Positions 29,152 to 39,956 of a stretch of 64,000 nt of DNA are shown one piece after another. Position 1 is the stretch's first letter; the number at the start of each line of letters is the position of its first letter. The notes beneath the pieces are model-generated. The model was not told the DNA's origin. It saw only the letters and a list, made by a program, of their open reading frames with translations, and did no database searches. The translations under genes and the position numbers were made by a program. Origin of the DNA: Bdellovibrionales bacterium (GTDB lineage: Bacteria > Bdellovibrionota > Bdellovibrionia > Bdellovibrionales > JAGQZY01); assembly GCA_031426555.1 (NCBI GenBank), contig JANPLN010000015.1, positions 128,001-192,000 on the forward strand, given 5' to 3'.

Positions 29152-30183
29152 ATGGAACTTAATCCCGTTGGATTGAACGGTATGGATTTTATCGAATACT
29201 GTGGCCCGAAAGCCCGTGAACTAGAAGCACTTTTTGTGCGACTGGGAATGACTGCGGTGGCCCAGCATAAGAGCAAAAAAATCAAACTTTTCAAGCAAGG
29301 CGATATACAGTTTTTCCTTAACGAAGACGCTACCGGCTTTGCAGCGGACTTTGGCAAGGCCCATGGACCAAGTATTTGCTCTACGGGATTTCGTGTAGAA
29401 AATGCGGACAAAGCCTTCAGAGCGGCAGTGGACCGCGGCGGAAAACCATTTGGTCAAGATGCACAAAAATCCTTCGCTGCTCCTGCGATCTACGGTATCG
29501 GTGACTCGTTGATATATTTTATCGACGAAACTGCAAAACAAAAAATCTACCAAAGCGAATTTAATTTCAATCCCAACAGCATGGAGCCCAAAGGTAAAGG
29601 TTTGTATCTGATCGATCACTTAACAAACAATGTTCCTGTTGGCGAAATGCAAAAGTGGTGTGATTTTTATGAAAATGTATTTAATTTTAAAGAGCGTCGC
29701 TTTTTTGATATCAAAGGTGCAAAAACGGGTTTGATCTCCAAAGTGATGCGCTCACCCTGCGGAAAAATCACCATTCCCATCAACGAGCCCACTGATCAGA
29801 AATCACAGATTCAAGAATACCTGGAAGAGTATGATGGCTCTGGGATTCAACACGTGGCTTTATCCACTGAGGATATTTGTTTGTCCATTTCGCAGCTTCG
29901 CAAAGATGGAATTCCGGTATTGGATATTCCAGGCACGTACTACGAAATGATTCCGCAGCGTCTGCCCCAAGTGACCGAGGACCTCGAGGAATTGAAGGAG
30001 TTGCAAATTCTGGTGGATGGTGACCCCGAGGGATATTTATTGCAGCTGTTCACTAAAAATTTAATCGGTCCTATTTTCTTTGAATTTATTCAGCGAAAAA
30101 ATCATTTTGGTTTTGGCGAGGGAAATTTTCAAGCTCTGTTTGAAGCCATCGAACGCGACCAAGCGCAACGGGGAGTATTGTAA
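29152..30183 (+). CDS. hppD: 4-hydroxyphenylpyruvate dioxygenase
   Basis: IDHLTNNV, IPINEP, SQIQEYL..GSGIQHVAL, LLQLFT, FFEFIQRK..GFGEGNFQALFEAIE. Confidence 0.95.
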   Translation: MELNPVGLNGMDFIEYCGPKARELEALFVRLGMTAVAQHKSKKIKLFKQGDIQFFLNEDATGFAADFGKAHGPSICSTGFRVENADKAFRAAVDRGGKPFGQDAQKSFAAPAIYGIGDSLIYFIDETAKQKIYQSEFNFNPNSMEPKGKGLYLIDHLTNNVPVGEMQKWCDFYENVFNFKERRFFDIKGAKTGLISKVMRSPCGKITIPINEPTDQKSQIQEYLEEYDGSGIQHVALSTEDICLSISQLRKDGIPVLDIPGTYYEMIPQRLPQVTEDLEELKELQILVDGDPEGYLLQLFTKNLIGPIFFEFIQRKNHFGFGEGNFQALFEAIERDQAQRGVL

Positions 30184-30185
30184 AG

Positions 30186-31220
30186 GTGCCCGCTAAGGGC
30201 GACGTCCTCTCAGCGCAGCAAGCCCAAGATTTAGCTCTTAGCGAGGCGAGCAAAGGGGCTGGTTGGGTTTCTCCCAATCCTCTGGTGGGTTGTGTTGTTG
30301 TGGACCAACACCAGCGGTTTTTGGCTTCGGGCTTCCACGGTTACTACGGCGGGCCCCATGCGGAAAGAGATGCTTTTGCGAAACTCGAACCGGGAGCGCT
30401 GCAGGGGACGACGGTGTACGTCACGCTGGAGCCCTGCTCGCACCAAGGTAAAACTCCACCATGTACGGATGTTTTCGTAAATCAAGGTATCAAAAAAGTT
30501 GTGGTGGGACAAACGGATCCCAATCCACTTGTGGCAGGGCGCGGGCTGGCGCGCCTGAAGCGAGAAAATATCGAAATCGCCACCGACGAAGAGTTTTCGA
30601 AAAAATCAACCCGACTCGCAGAGATATTTTTATGGCACATGCAAAATAAAAAACCCTATGTGACGTTGAAGGTGGCACTTTCCGCGGACGGAAAGATTGC
30701 AGGCCCACTAGGGTCAGATCCCGCCATTACTTCGGAAGCTGCGCGCTTTCGCGCTCGCGAGCTGCGCGCAACGTATGATGCCACTATGATCGGCGCCGAA
30801 ACGTTTTTGCGCGACAACCCTCTGCTCGATTTTCGTGACACCCAGTGGGCGGGAAAAAAGCCACCGAAGGTGGTCATTTTAGATCCTCGGGGGCGAGCTC
30901 AAACGTTCTTTGCTCAATCACGGTTGGCACAAACTGTAAAAAGTGAAAACGTTTTCTTTGTCCCCACGCTGGACGAAGCCATGCTTCGCGATCTCTATCT
31001 CAAAGGCATTTATTCGTTATACGTGGAAGGCGGGGCGAAAACCCACCAGCTGTTTATTGAGAAGAAGTGCTATCAGAAATTAATTTGCTTTGTATCGCCA
31101 AAAAAGCGCGAAGCGGGTGTTTCATGGCTTTGGACACCCGAAGAGATTGCGATACACGCAGACCTCCTGGAGGCATTTTCTGTTGGGGAAGACCAGGTGC
31201 GAGAATATGCTCCTTTTTGA
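30186..31220 (+). CDS. ribD: Riboflavin biosynthesis deaminase/reductase
   Basis: PNPLVGCVV, HAE, TLEPCSHQGKTPPC, DPNPLV, VEGGA. Confidence 0.93.
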   Translation: MPAKGDVLSAQQAQDLALSEASKGAGWVSPNPLVGCVVVDQHQRFLASGFHGYYGGPHAERDAFAKLEPGALQGTTVYVTLEPCSHQGKTPPCTDVFVNQGIKKVVVGQTDPNPLVAGRGLARLKRENIEIATDEEFSKKSTRLAEIFLWHMQNKKPYVTLKVALSADGKIAGPLGSDPAITSEAARFRARELRATYDATMIGAETFLRDNPLLDFRDTQWAGKKPPKVVILDPRGRAQTFFAQSRLAQTVKSENVFFVPTLDEAMLRDLYLKGIYSLYVEGGAKTHQLFIEKKCYQKLICFVSPKKREAGVSWLWTPEEIAIHADLLEAFSVGEDQVREYAPF

Positions 31221-31269
31221 GGGGCATATTCGTAAATAACGCCTCGCAGGCATTGCTCTGAAACGGGGC

Positions 31270-32268
31270 ATGAATTATAGCTTACGCATGTCAAAATATG
31301 TCGCACAAAAATATACCGTCGAACACGCTCTGACGCTTTATCGAAAACCGCTATTTGATTTAATTTATCACGCCCACTCTCTGCATAAGGAATTTCAACC
31401 TGAAAACCAAATTCAGAAGTGCAGTTTGTTATCCATCAAAACCGGTGGCTGCCCTGAGGACTGCTCTTACTGTCCGCAATCAGCTCACTACAAAACGGGT
31501 CTCGATAAACAGGGCCTTATGGATTTGGGCGAAGTAAAATTGGCGGTGGATGATGCCAAGGCTCAAGGGGCTGAGCGCTTTTGCATGGGCGCCGCTTGGA
31601 GAGAAGTGAAGGACGGCGCGCAGTTTGAACAGGTGCTCGAAATGGTTCGCATGGTTAAATCTGCGGGGATGGAAGCGTGTGTGACTTTAGGTATGTTGAA
31701 CGAACAGCAAGCACAGCGTCTTAAGGAGGCTGGTTTGGATGCTTACAATCACAACCTGGACACTTCGCGCGAATTTTACGACAAAATTATTTCTACACGC
31801 ACTTACGACGACCGCTTAAAAACTCTAAGCAACGTGAGACAAGCTGGAATTACAATTTGCAGCGGCGGAATTATTGGCATGGGCGAAACCGACACAGACC
31901 GTTGTGCCATGCTTGTGGAGCTCGCGAATTTACAGCCACAGCCCGAGTCCGTGCCCATCAATCTTTTGATTCCCGTCGAAGGCACGCCGCTGGCTCAACA
32001 GGCGCCGGTGGATGTGTTTGATCTGGTCCGTTGCATTGCGGTTGCCCGAATTTTGATGCCACAATCGAAGGTGCGTTTATCAGCCGGGCGAATCAATTTG
32101 TCGCGCGAAGGGCAAGCTCTGGCATTTTTCGCTGGAGCAAATTCGATCTTTCTGGGAGAAAAACTTCTCACCCGAGACAATCCCGAGTCGTTAGAGGATC
32201 AAAAACTTTTTGCCGATCTTGGTGTGCAGTTTACTGAATCAGCATCGATGCAGACACCTTTACAATAG
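31270..32268 (+). CDS. bioB: Biotin synthase
   Basis: KTGGCPEDCSYCPQS, RFCMGAAWR, YNHNLDTS, PESVPIN; alternative start 31288. Confidence 0.97.
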   Translation: MNYSLRMSKYVAQKYTVEHALTLYRKPLFDLIYHAHSLHKEFQPENQIQKCSLLSIKTGGCPEDCSYCPQSAHYKTGLDKQGLMDLGEVKLAVDDAKAQGAERFCMGAAWREVKDGAQFEQVLEMVRMVKSAGMEACVTLGMLNEQQAQRLKEAGLDAYNHNLDTSREFYDKIISTRTYDDRLKTLSNVRQAGITICSGGIIGMGETDTDRCAMLVELANLQPQPESVPINLLIPVEGTPLAQQAPVDVFDLVRCIAVARILMPQSKVRLSAGRINLSREGQALAFFAGANSIFLGEKLLTRDNPESLEDQKLFADLGVQFTESASMQTPLQ

Positions 32269-32285
32269 CGAGGAAACTTGAGACG

Positions 32286-33401
32286 ATGAATATTCACCTC
32301 CTGCAAAAACTCCAGCAGCACGAAGAGCAAAATCTCACGCGCTCGCTGCAAGAGCCCATCGGCGTCGATTTTTGCTCCAATGATTATTTATCCTTTGTCG
32401 CTGATCCCATCTTACAAAAAAGAATTTACGAAAACTTAGCAGCCGTAGCCAGCGGCTCCACCAGCTCGCGGTTGATCCGAGGACAGTACCCGCAGTTAAC
32501 TGACCTTGAGTCGCGCCTCGCGCACTGGTCGTCGCGCGAAACTGCGATCTACTTTTCGTCGGGCTACCAAGCCAATTTGGCGGCAATGACGGCGCTGCTC
32601 GACGAAGAGTCCATGGTTTTTTCGGACGAAAGCAATCACGCTTCTCTCGTTGACGGAATTCGGTTGTCTAAAAGCGACAAAATTATTTTCAAGCACAATG
32701 ATCTGTTGGATCTCGAAGAAAGGCTTTCTGTAAAAACTGTTAAAAATAAAATTGTTGTTATCGAAAGCCTATATAGTATGCGGGGCGACCGCGCACCGCT
32801 CAAGCAGGTAAGCGAGCTGTGCCAAAAGCACAATGCTCTCTTGGTGGTGGATGAAGCCCATGCTACGGGGTTGTACGGAGCGGGACTGGTTCAGCTTCAG
32901 AGCCTCCAATCACAAGTGCTGATGACCATTCATTGCGCCGGAAAATCTCTTGGAGTCGGTGGGGCTTGGATCGCGTGCGATGCGATCACCAAAGAGTATT
33001 TGGTTAATTTTTCGCGGCCTCTGATTTACTCCACGGCGCCTTCGCCGTTACTCGCTTCGGCGCTCACTACGGCCTTAGATTATTGGGATGACGTTGGTGC
33101 GGGTCGTGCGGAGTTGTGTTTACAAAAAATGCGTGAGTTCAAACAGAAGTTAGAACAGTTTATGAATCCTGAGATTCTGTCGGGCGACGGGCCCATCCTC
33201 TATTTTCAGTTGGGAGAAAATTTGCAAGCTCTTCACTGGGCCCAGTATCTTCAGTTCAATGGGTTTGACGTGCGCGCCATTCGCTATCCAACGGTTCCGC
33301 AGGGGCAAGCCGGCCTGCGAATATCTCTGCACGCCAGCCAGGCTCCCGATGATATTCAGGACCTCATTCGCTGCCTCCGCGAACGGGTGTTGGCGTGTTA
33401 A
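32286..33401 (+). CDS. bioF: 8-amino-7-oxononanoate synthase
   Basis: DFCSNDYL, SGYQAN, NHASLVDG, HND, VDEAHATG, AIRYPTVP. Confidence 0.93.
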   Translation: MNIHLLQKLQQHEEQNLTRSLQEPIGVDFCSNDYLSFVADPILQKRIYENLAAVASGSTSSRLIRGQYPQLTDLESRLAHWSSRETAIYFSSGYQANLAAMTALLDEESMVFSDESNHASLVDGIRLSKSDKIIFKHNDLLDLEERLSVKTVKNKIVVIESLYSMRGDRAPLKQVSELCQKHNALLVVDEAHATGLYGAGLVQLQSLQSQVLMTIHCAGKSLGVGGAWIACDAITKEYLVNFSRPLIYSTAPSPLLASALTTALDYWDDVGAGRAELCLQKMREFKQKLEQFMNPEILSGDGPILYFQLGENLQALHWAQYLQFNGFDVRAIRYPTVPQGQAGLRISLHASQAPDDIQDLIRCLRERVLAC

Positions 33402-35371
33402 AGCCCCGGGGAATTTTTATCACTGGCACTGACACTGGGGTGGGAAAAACGTTTGTGTCTGCTCTGTTATGCCAGGTCTTAAAAAAACATAAAGAGATTT
33501 GCTACTGGAAGCCCGTGCAAAGCGGGTATCAAGAGGATGACGAGACGACAGACGACACAACCACTGTTGTTGGGTGCGCCCAATTGACTGAAGCCCAGTG
33601 GTGTGCGCCCTCGTACCGCTTGCTTGCGCCTTTGTCTCCCGATCGGGCCGCAGAATTAGAAAACATTGTTGTGGACGAAAAAAAAATCCTGGAAGATTTT
33701 AAGGGGCTGGGAAATCGGTTTTTAATTTTGGAAGGCGCAGGTGGCTTGGAAGTGCCCCTCAACCAAACGACTCGCTTATCGGCGTTGATCAAGAAAATAA
33801 ATCTACCTGTTGTGGTGGTGGCCTCCACTCGCTTAGGAACGATTAATCACACTTTGTTAACTGTGCAGCGGGCGCAGAGTTTGGGCTTGCAAGTTTTAGG
33901 CGTCTTCCTCAATGGCCCCGAAGACCCAGGGCTCGAAGCAGTCCTGCAGCGCGAGGGTATTTCGATACTGCTTTCAATTCCTCAGTTTGATGGCGACGAC
34001 AAAGTCGGCGACGAAGCTCCGACTGCAGCTGTGGATAACTTTCTGCAAACGGTGGAAAATAAAATTTTAGATATTTTTAAGGATTCAGAATTACAAGACA
34101 ATATAAGTCACATCGATCGTGAGCACATTTGGCATCCCTTCACGCAGCATGGCTTTGACAACGATTTTCCAGTGGTGGTGTCTGGTGCCGGCAGCTTGCT
34201 CAAGCTAGCAAATGGCGAAGAGCTCATCGACGGGATTTCTTCATGGTGGGTCAACATTCACGGCCATGCGAATCCGACGCTGGCAAACGCGCTCACTCGG
34301 CAAGCCAACACCTTAGAGCATGTGATCTTTTCGGGCTACACCCATCAGCCGGCCAGTGAGTTAACTCAACGACTCGTGGGCAAATTAAAATCAGTGAATC
34401 CTGAATTGAAGCGCGTGTTTTTTTCGGACAACGGTTCCACCGCCGTGGAAGTGGCGCTGAAAATGGCGTATCAATTTCAAATTCAGAGTGGGCAAACTGC
34501 ACGTAAAAAATTTTTGGCTCTTAAAGGTTCGTATCATGGAGACACCTTGGCAGCCATGTCGGTGAGCGAGCGCGAAGGATTCCATCAGGTGTTCACACCG
34601 TTGATGGCACCCGTGGACTTTGCACAGCCCGATGATTTGCAAGAACTCGAACGATTAGATTTTTCGAAATATGCGGCAGTTATTTTTGAACCCTTAGTGC
34701 AGGGGGCTGGTGGAATGAAGTTTCACTCAGCGGCGTATTTGCAAAAGCTCTGCTCGAAAGCTCGAGAGGCTGGCGTGGTGATTGTGGCCGATGAGATTTT
34801 TACTGGGTTTTATCGAACGGGAAGTTATTTTGCGTGTGAGACAGCGGGAGTTCGGCCAGATGTGATGTGTCTTTCCAAAGGCATAACCGGTGGCTTTTTA
34901 CCGCTTGCAGTGACCGTGGCCAGTGAACATATTTTTTCGGCTTTTAAGGCCAACGATATGTCTCAAGCATTTTTGCACGGCCATTCCTATACGGGCAATC
35001 CTTTGTCCTGTGCGGTGGCTGTGGCGTCCATGGATCTGCTTGAAAACGCGGACGTTGTGCGACAGGTACAAAATATAGTTCGTTGGACGAAGGACGAAAT
35101 TAAGGCCTTGCACGAGCTCCCGATGGTGAGTGGGGCTCGAGCACTGGGGACCATTGGTGCATTTGAAATCAAAGACTCCGGCAATTATTTGCATAGCGGG
35201 CTGTTTGCTAAGCGCTTTGCAAAAGCCTGTGAGGCTCGGGGCGTATTACTGCGGCCCCTCGGCGGCACGGTGTACTGTGTTCCACCGTACTCGACAACGC
35301 AAAGGCAATTTCAACAAATTTACACAGCGATTCGCGACACACTTTTTGATGTGGAAAGAGGTTTGATATGA
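33395..35371 (+). CDS. bioDA: Fused dethiobiotin synthase / DAPA aminotransferase (BioD-BioA)
   Basis: N-terminal ITGTDTGVGKT, WKPVQSG, EGAGG, LGTINHT; C-terminal WHPFTQH, SSWWVNIHGH, DNGSTAVEVALK, SKGITGG, HGHSYTGNP in one frame. Confidence 0.93.
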   Translation: MLKPRGIFITGTDTGVGKTFVSALLCQVLKKHKEICYWKPVQSGYQEDDETTDDTTTVVGCAQLTEAQWCAPSYRLLAPLSPDRAAELENIVVDEKKILEDFKGLGNRFLILEGAGGLEVPLNQTTRLSALIKKINLPVVVVASTRLGTINHTLLTVQRAQSLGLQVLGVFLNGPEDPGLEAVLQREGISILLSIPQFDGDDKVGDEAPTAAVDNFLQTVENKILDIFKDSELQDNISHIDREHIWHPFTQHGFDNDFPVVVSGAGSLLKLANGEELIDGISSWWVNIHGHANPTLANALTRQANTLEHVIFSGYTHQPASELTQRLVGKLKSVNPELKRVFFSDNGSTAVEVALKMAYQFQIQSGQTARKKFLALKGSYHGDTLAAMSVSEREGFHQVFTPLMAPVDFAQPDDLQELERLDFSKYAAVIFEPLVQGAGGMKFHSAAYLQKLCSKAREAGVVIVADEIFTGFYRTGSYFACETAGVRPDVMCLSKGITGGFLPLAVTVASEHIFSAFKANDMSQAFLHGHSYTGNPLSCAVAVASMDLLENADVVRQVQNIVRWTKDEIKALHELPMVSGARALGTIGAFEIKDSGNYLHSGLFAKRFAKACEARGVLLRPLGGTVYCVPPYSTTQRQFQQIYTAIRDTLFDVERGLI

Positions 35372-36003
35372 CGGGATGGCAAAAGGTTTTAACAGATGTC
35401 GTTAACCGGCCAGAGATTCACGGGCGATTTTTAAACACGCTGAGCCTTCTCGAGTACATCGGGGCTCGGAAAATTATGAAAAGCCAGGACGAAGCGCGTA
35501 TCACGCCCATAACACTGGCCCATATGACCGAAGAAATTCGCCATGCGCAAATTATAAAAAAGCTCGCGCTGAAAGTTGGCGGTGACGGTGTAAAGACGTA
35601 CTCCGAAGACAGCCTCATCTGTGGTCATGAGGCCCGCGCTTACATTCAAGCCATTGATTCTGCAGCGGCGTCGGTTGTTGGGCCGAAAAATTCGTGGATT
35701 AATTATTTATTAACGACATTAGTGATCGAGGAGCGTGCCCAGGAGCTGTATCCGTTCTACGACGAGCTTTTAATTCCCCTTGGACTGGGTGGTCCCTTAA
35801 GAGCCATATTCCGCGAGGAAGAAGGGCATCTTGAACAAGTGATCACGGCGCTCAAAGAAAACGGCAAAATTACAGAAACTCAGCTTGAACTGGTTCGGCA
35901 GGAAGAACGGATTTACTTCACTACATTTTTTGCAGCCGTTGCAGAGAGGATGCTGGAAACGCCCGGCACCCTGTCTGAACATAAGACTACGATTTTGTCT
36001 TGA
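35368..36003 (+). CDS. Ferritin-like diiron protein, BioE-like pimeloyl-generating oxygenase
   Basis: FLNTLSLLEYIGARKI, EEIRH, IEERA, EEGHL diiron ligands; ATGA-coupled to bioDA. Confidence 0.7.
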   Translation: MTGWQKVLTDVVNRPEIHGRFLNTLSLLEYIGARKIMKSQDEARITPITLAHMTEEIRHAQIIKKLALKVGGDGVKTYSEDSLICGHEARAYIQAIDSAAASVVGPKNSWINYLLTTLVIEERAQELYPFYDELLIPLGLGGPLRAIFREEEGHLEQVITALKENGKITETQLELVRQEERIYFTTFFAAVAERMLETPGTLSEHKTTILS

Positions 36004-36586
36004 TAGAAAATGCGAGGTCGATGTTATTTTTAATAACTTTGTCTTTGGCCGATTTTACAAGATCAGGAACAAAAGATTTTGAATTATATTTCACATCAAA
36101 CTTCGTGCGATCCAATTCAAGTTTACCACTGGCCATCATAACAGCACCATCTTTTTTAACAGTTACTGGAATTTTCACTGCTGCAGTTTTTCCACGAATG
36201 GTGGCATTCCCCTCAAAGGTTTGCTCTGTGGCCGTTTTTGCAGTCACCTTGGTGATTACAAATTTAGCTTCTTTGTGGTTTGCCACATCAAAAAAATCTG
36301 CAGACTTTAGATGACCCACTAACTTTGCATTCATTGCAGCGTCGCTGAGATCTGTGTTCTTGATGGAATCCATGTCAACCGTAAACTCACCGCCGGTGAT
36401 CTTATCGCCATCAACAGTTAAAAAACCGTTAGATAAGGCAACAGTTCCCGAGTGCTTATCGCTTAAAAATTCTTTACCACCAGTCCAATTAATTGTGCTG
36501 GCTGTTGTATCAATCATTTTTTGTGCAGGTGCCGCCAAGGCAACCGCTGGAACAAAAGCTAATAGCGCTACTACTTTTTTAAACAT
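35987..36586 (-). CDS. YceI-family protein
   Basis: Signal peptide; STINWTG, HLKSADFFDV, LDRTKFDVKY. Confidence 0.9.
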   Translation of the reverse strand: MFKKVVALLAFVPAVALAAPAQKMIDTTASTINWTGGKEFLSDKHSGTVALSNGFLTVDGDKITGGEFTVDMDSIKNTDLSDAAMNAKLVGHLKSADFFDVANHKEAKFVITKVTAKTATEQTFEGNATIRGKTAAVKIPVTVKKDGAVMMASGKLELDRTKFDVKYNSKSFVPDLVKSAKDKVIKNNIDLAFSIKTKS

Positions 36587-36600
36587 TACTTTCTCCTTTT

Positions 36601-37023
36601 TTATCTCTCTAACATCGAGAGGTTTTTTTTTAATGAATCACGAATTTCTCTCAAGAGGAGAACGTCCTCAGGAGTTGGTGCCGGGGTCGGTGTCGACACT
36701 GGCGGAGCTTTTTTCATCCGGTTCATCATTTTGATGACGGCGAAGAGGCAAAAAGCCACGATGACAAAATCAAGAACAGTTTGCAGAAAAAAACCATACC
36801 CAATGGCAACTTCTCCTTTACCATCAGCACCGGCTTCAACGATGACTGCTTTTAAACTCGTAAAGTCCACGCCGCCCATCAAAACGCCGATGATTGGCAT
36901 TAAAATTTTATCGACCATGGAGGAAACGATTTTACCAAAAGCGCCACCGATGATAACACCGACAGCAAGGTCAACCACATTGCCCTTCATTGCAAACTCT
37001 TTAAACTCTTTCACTACGCTCAC
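36601..37023 (-). CDS. mscL: Large-conductance mechanosensitive channel
   Basis: [35 protein letters not shown]. Confidence 0.96.
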   Translation of the reverse strand: MSVVKEFKEFAMKGNVVDLAVGVIIGGAFGKIVSSMVDKILMPIIGVLMGGVDFTSLKAVIVEAGADGKGEVAIGYGFFLQTVLDFVIVAFCLFAVIKMMNRMKKAPPVSTPTPAPTPEDVLLLREIRDSLKKNLSMLER

Positions 37024-37128
37024 GCTTACTCCTTGTTTAGCACCACGGCAAACATACTATGCTAGTATTTTCGTTGAAAGCAAGAAATGAGCTCGTTATA
37101 GTTTAGATGCATATCTCAGGAGGATTTC

Positions 37129-39939
37129 ATGGTTCGATTTTTGTGTTTCAGTCTCGTGTTCATTGTTAGTTCATGTTCAATAAGTAAGCAGCCCAGCGTC
37201 AATTCGCAAAATATCAACGGAATGGAATTTTCCTCTTTGGTTTTACCAAACCAGTTGGATGTATTGATCGTGTCTGATGCACGTTTTAAAAAATCGTCTG
37301 CGGCTATGGCTGTTGCCGTGGGCTCCCTCGAGGATCCCGAGGACGCTCAGGGTATGGCGCATTATCTAGAGCACATGTTATTTTTGGGCACCAAAGAATT
37401 TCCGAAATCAGACGAATATTCAACGTTCATGGAAACCAACGGTGGTTGGGACAATGCCTATACCTCCGATGAAGTAACCAACTACATGTTCGAAGTGGAC
37501 AACCAAGCCATTAACGGGGCTCTCCATCGGTTTTCTCGGTTTTTTAGTTCGCCGCTTTTTGATGCTACGTATCTTGAGCGAGAAAAGAATGCGGTAAATA
37601 GCGAATTCGAAAAGAACATCAAACAAGATGGCTGGCGCGTGGATCGGTATATTAATTCTCTCGCTGGGCAAGCCCACCCGTATCGAAAATTTAGCACAGG
37701 CAACGTCAAAACACTGAAGGCTGTCACTCGCGAAAATGTAATTACTTTTTATAAAAAGTACTACTCCGCAAATAACATGAAGCTGGTGGTCATGAGTTCA
37801 CTTCCTACCAAGGAGATCCGCGCGCAGGTGACAAAGTATTTTTCGGATGTTCCCAATTTTAATACGACCAAACCAGTTTATCAGGATGCATTTTTCGATG
37901 CGAAGCTTCAGCAACATTTGCACTTTATTAAGACCATTAATGATAAAGAGGAAATGACGATTTTATTCAACGTTCCCGATGAGACTCAGTTTTGGAAAAC
38001 AAAGCCATTGGCAATTATCAGTAAGCTTTTGGGTGATGAGGGCCCCGGTTCCGTTTTATCGGTGCTGAAAAAGGAGGGCTTAGCTCTCGAGATGGCTGTG
38101 AGTCAAGACTTCTGGCGCACACTTTCTGTGGATGTAACACTCACCCCAAAGGGTCGAAAGCAGTACCAGAGAGTTCTCTCTGTGATCGAAAAGTACATGC
38201 AACATATGCGCGAGCAAAAATATCCTGAATATATTTTTAAAGATGAAAGCGCTGTGCGCAAAATCGCCTTGGACAATCTGGAGCCGTCGTCTTCGGGTCA
38301 GCGGGCAGCAAGTTTTGCAAAAAGCCTTATCGATTTTCCGGCCAAGGACTTTTTAGCTAGAAACTATTTGATTCAAGAATATTCTCCCAAAGATTTTCAG
38401 TTATTTTTGGATATGTTGGATTTTAAAAAAGCACACGTTCTGATCCTCGGTAAAAACGAAAAGACCAATCGCAAAGAGTCTATCTTTGGGGTTGAGTATC
38501 AGCAGGCAAAACTCGACTTTCCGGTTCTAAAGACCCAGTTGGCGTTAAAATACCCAGAGGAAAATAAATACATTCCTACTGATTTTTCTTTGATTGCCGG
38601 AAAACGCGTGGTCACCGAGCCGCAGACCAAGAAAACTCCCTCTGGCACTGAAATCTTCGTGCGCACAGATACGGAACTGGGTGTGGCTAAATCCACCATT
38701 CGCTTTACAATTCAAGGAGCCGCCGCCACAACCGCGCGCGAGGCGGCGTTGTTGGCTCTTTTCGTTATGGGGAAGGAAGAGGAGCTTCGTGAATGGTCCT
38801 ATCCAATCTCCGAAGCCGGAGCACGCTTTGATTTAAGCTCTGGCGAAATTCCCCGCGAAATGGTCATCACGGTTTCGGGTTACAGCCAAAGATTGAAGGA
38901 AATTTTTCGCGACGGAGTGGGCAGCGCCAGCACCAATCGCCAACTGCAAGTTATGAATATCAGTAATGCTACCTTCGAAGATATGAAACTGCGCTTTGTG
39001 CGCGACCTTTCAAATCTCGAAGAGGCCGTGGCTGCCAATCGTTTGAGTGTCGAAGTCAGACACATGCAAAATGCCCAGTCTGTTCATTGGAAAGAGCTTT
39101 TAAAAGAAGTTCGTAAGGCACGCATCGACGAAGTGAAGGCTTTTGCAAAAAAGTTTTTTTCGAAAATTTCTGTTCGTGCTATTGCCTATGGAAACATCGA
39201 CTTGCAAAGCGTTGAGGGCATGCTGAGTTTGTTGCCGCTGGCAGAGGGGGAGCTGGAAAAAATAAAATACCGAGTTGTACCCGAACAAAAAACCTACTCG
39301 GGTCCAATCAAGGGTCAGAATAACAATCATGCAATGATCACAATGTACAATATGGCTCCGTGGTCCGTGGAAAATCACGCGCGAGTTCTTGTGCTGAGTC
39401 AGCTTGTGTCTCAACCCTATTTTTCTGAGCTCAGAACAAATCAGCAGCTAGGTTATGTGGCTCGCGCTGGCGGCGTTCATCAAAGCGGCTTTGTGGGGTT
39501 GAGTTCCATGTTGCAATCGCCAAAAGTGGCGTCGGTGACCTTGCAGGAAAAGTCCCATGCGTTTTTAGTGCAGTTCCTGCAACAAAAAATAGGGACTTTA
39601 ACAGATGCAGAGTTAAAGCCGATTTTAAGCTCCATCGAAAATGAGCTATTGATGCAGCCGACCACTCTTCCCGAGCGCGAAGCTGAGTTTTTTCAGGCAG
39701 CGGTAAAATATGAAGGACGCTTTACGATTCGCAAGGATATCGCGGCGGCGGTCAAAAAAATCAATGCTCAACAGATGAAGGAATTTATAGAAGCCCATTT
39801 TTTAAAGCAAAATCCAGCCACGGTCTCACTTTTTTACTTTGGAACTGGATCAAATTTGGATAAGAAAAAGCTACCGGGCAATATTTTTGAAAAGACGGAT
39901 GACGTGGCATGGGATGTGGTAAATCCCTATGTGCGCTAA
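37129..39939 (+). CDS. M16A (insulinase/pitrilysin-like) metallopeptidase, probable lipoprotein
   Basis: GMAHYLEHMLFLGT (HxxEH), NAYT, REKNAVNSE, LRTNQQLGY; lipobox VSSC. Confidence 0.9.
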   Translation: MVRFLCFSLVFIVSSCSISKQPSVNSQNINGMEFSSLVLPNQLDVLIVSDARFKKSSAAMAVAVGSLEDPEDAQGMAHYLEHMLFLGTKEFPKSDEYSTFMETNGGWDNAYTSDEVTNYMFEVDNQAINGALHRFSRFFSSPLFDATYLEREKNAVNSEFEKNIKQDGWRVDRYINSLAGQAHPYRKFSTGNVKTLKAVTRENVITFYKKYYSANNMKLVVMSSLPTKEIRAQVTKYFSDVPNFNTTKPVYQDAFFDAKLQQHLHFIKTINDKEEMTILFNVPDETQFWKTKPLAIISKLLGDEGPGSVLSVLKKEGLALEMAVSQDFWRTLSVDVTLTPKGRKQYQRVLSVIEKYMQHMREQKYPEYIFKDESAVRKIALDNLEPSSSGQRAASFAKSLIDFPAKDFLARNYLIQEYSPKDFQLFLDMLDFKKAHVLILGKNEKTNRKESIFGVEYQQAKLDFPVLKTQLALKYPEENKYIPTDFSLIAGKRVVTEPQTKKTPSGTEIFVRTDTELGVAKSTIRFTIQGAAATTAREAALLALFVMGKEEELREWSYPISEAGARFDLSSGEIPREMVITVSGYSQRLKEIFRDGVGSASTNRQLQVMNISNATFEDMKLRFVRDLSNLEEAVAANRLSVEVRHMQNAQSVHWKELLKEVRKARIDEVKAFAKKFFSKISVRAIAYGNIDLQSVEGMLSLLPLAEGELEKIKYRVVPEQKTYSGPIKGQNNNHAMITMYNMAPWSVENHARVLVLSQLVSQPYFSELRTNQQLGYVARAGGVHQSGFVGLSSMLQSPKVASVTLQEKSHAFLVQFLQQKIGTLTDAELKPILSSIENELLMQPTTLPEREAEFFQAAVKYEGRFTIRKDIAAAVKKINAQQMKEFIEAHFLKQNPATVSLFYFGTGSNLDKKKLPGNIFEKTDDVAWDVVNPYVR

Positions 39940-39956
39940 GTTTTAACCAGTTAAAA

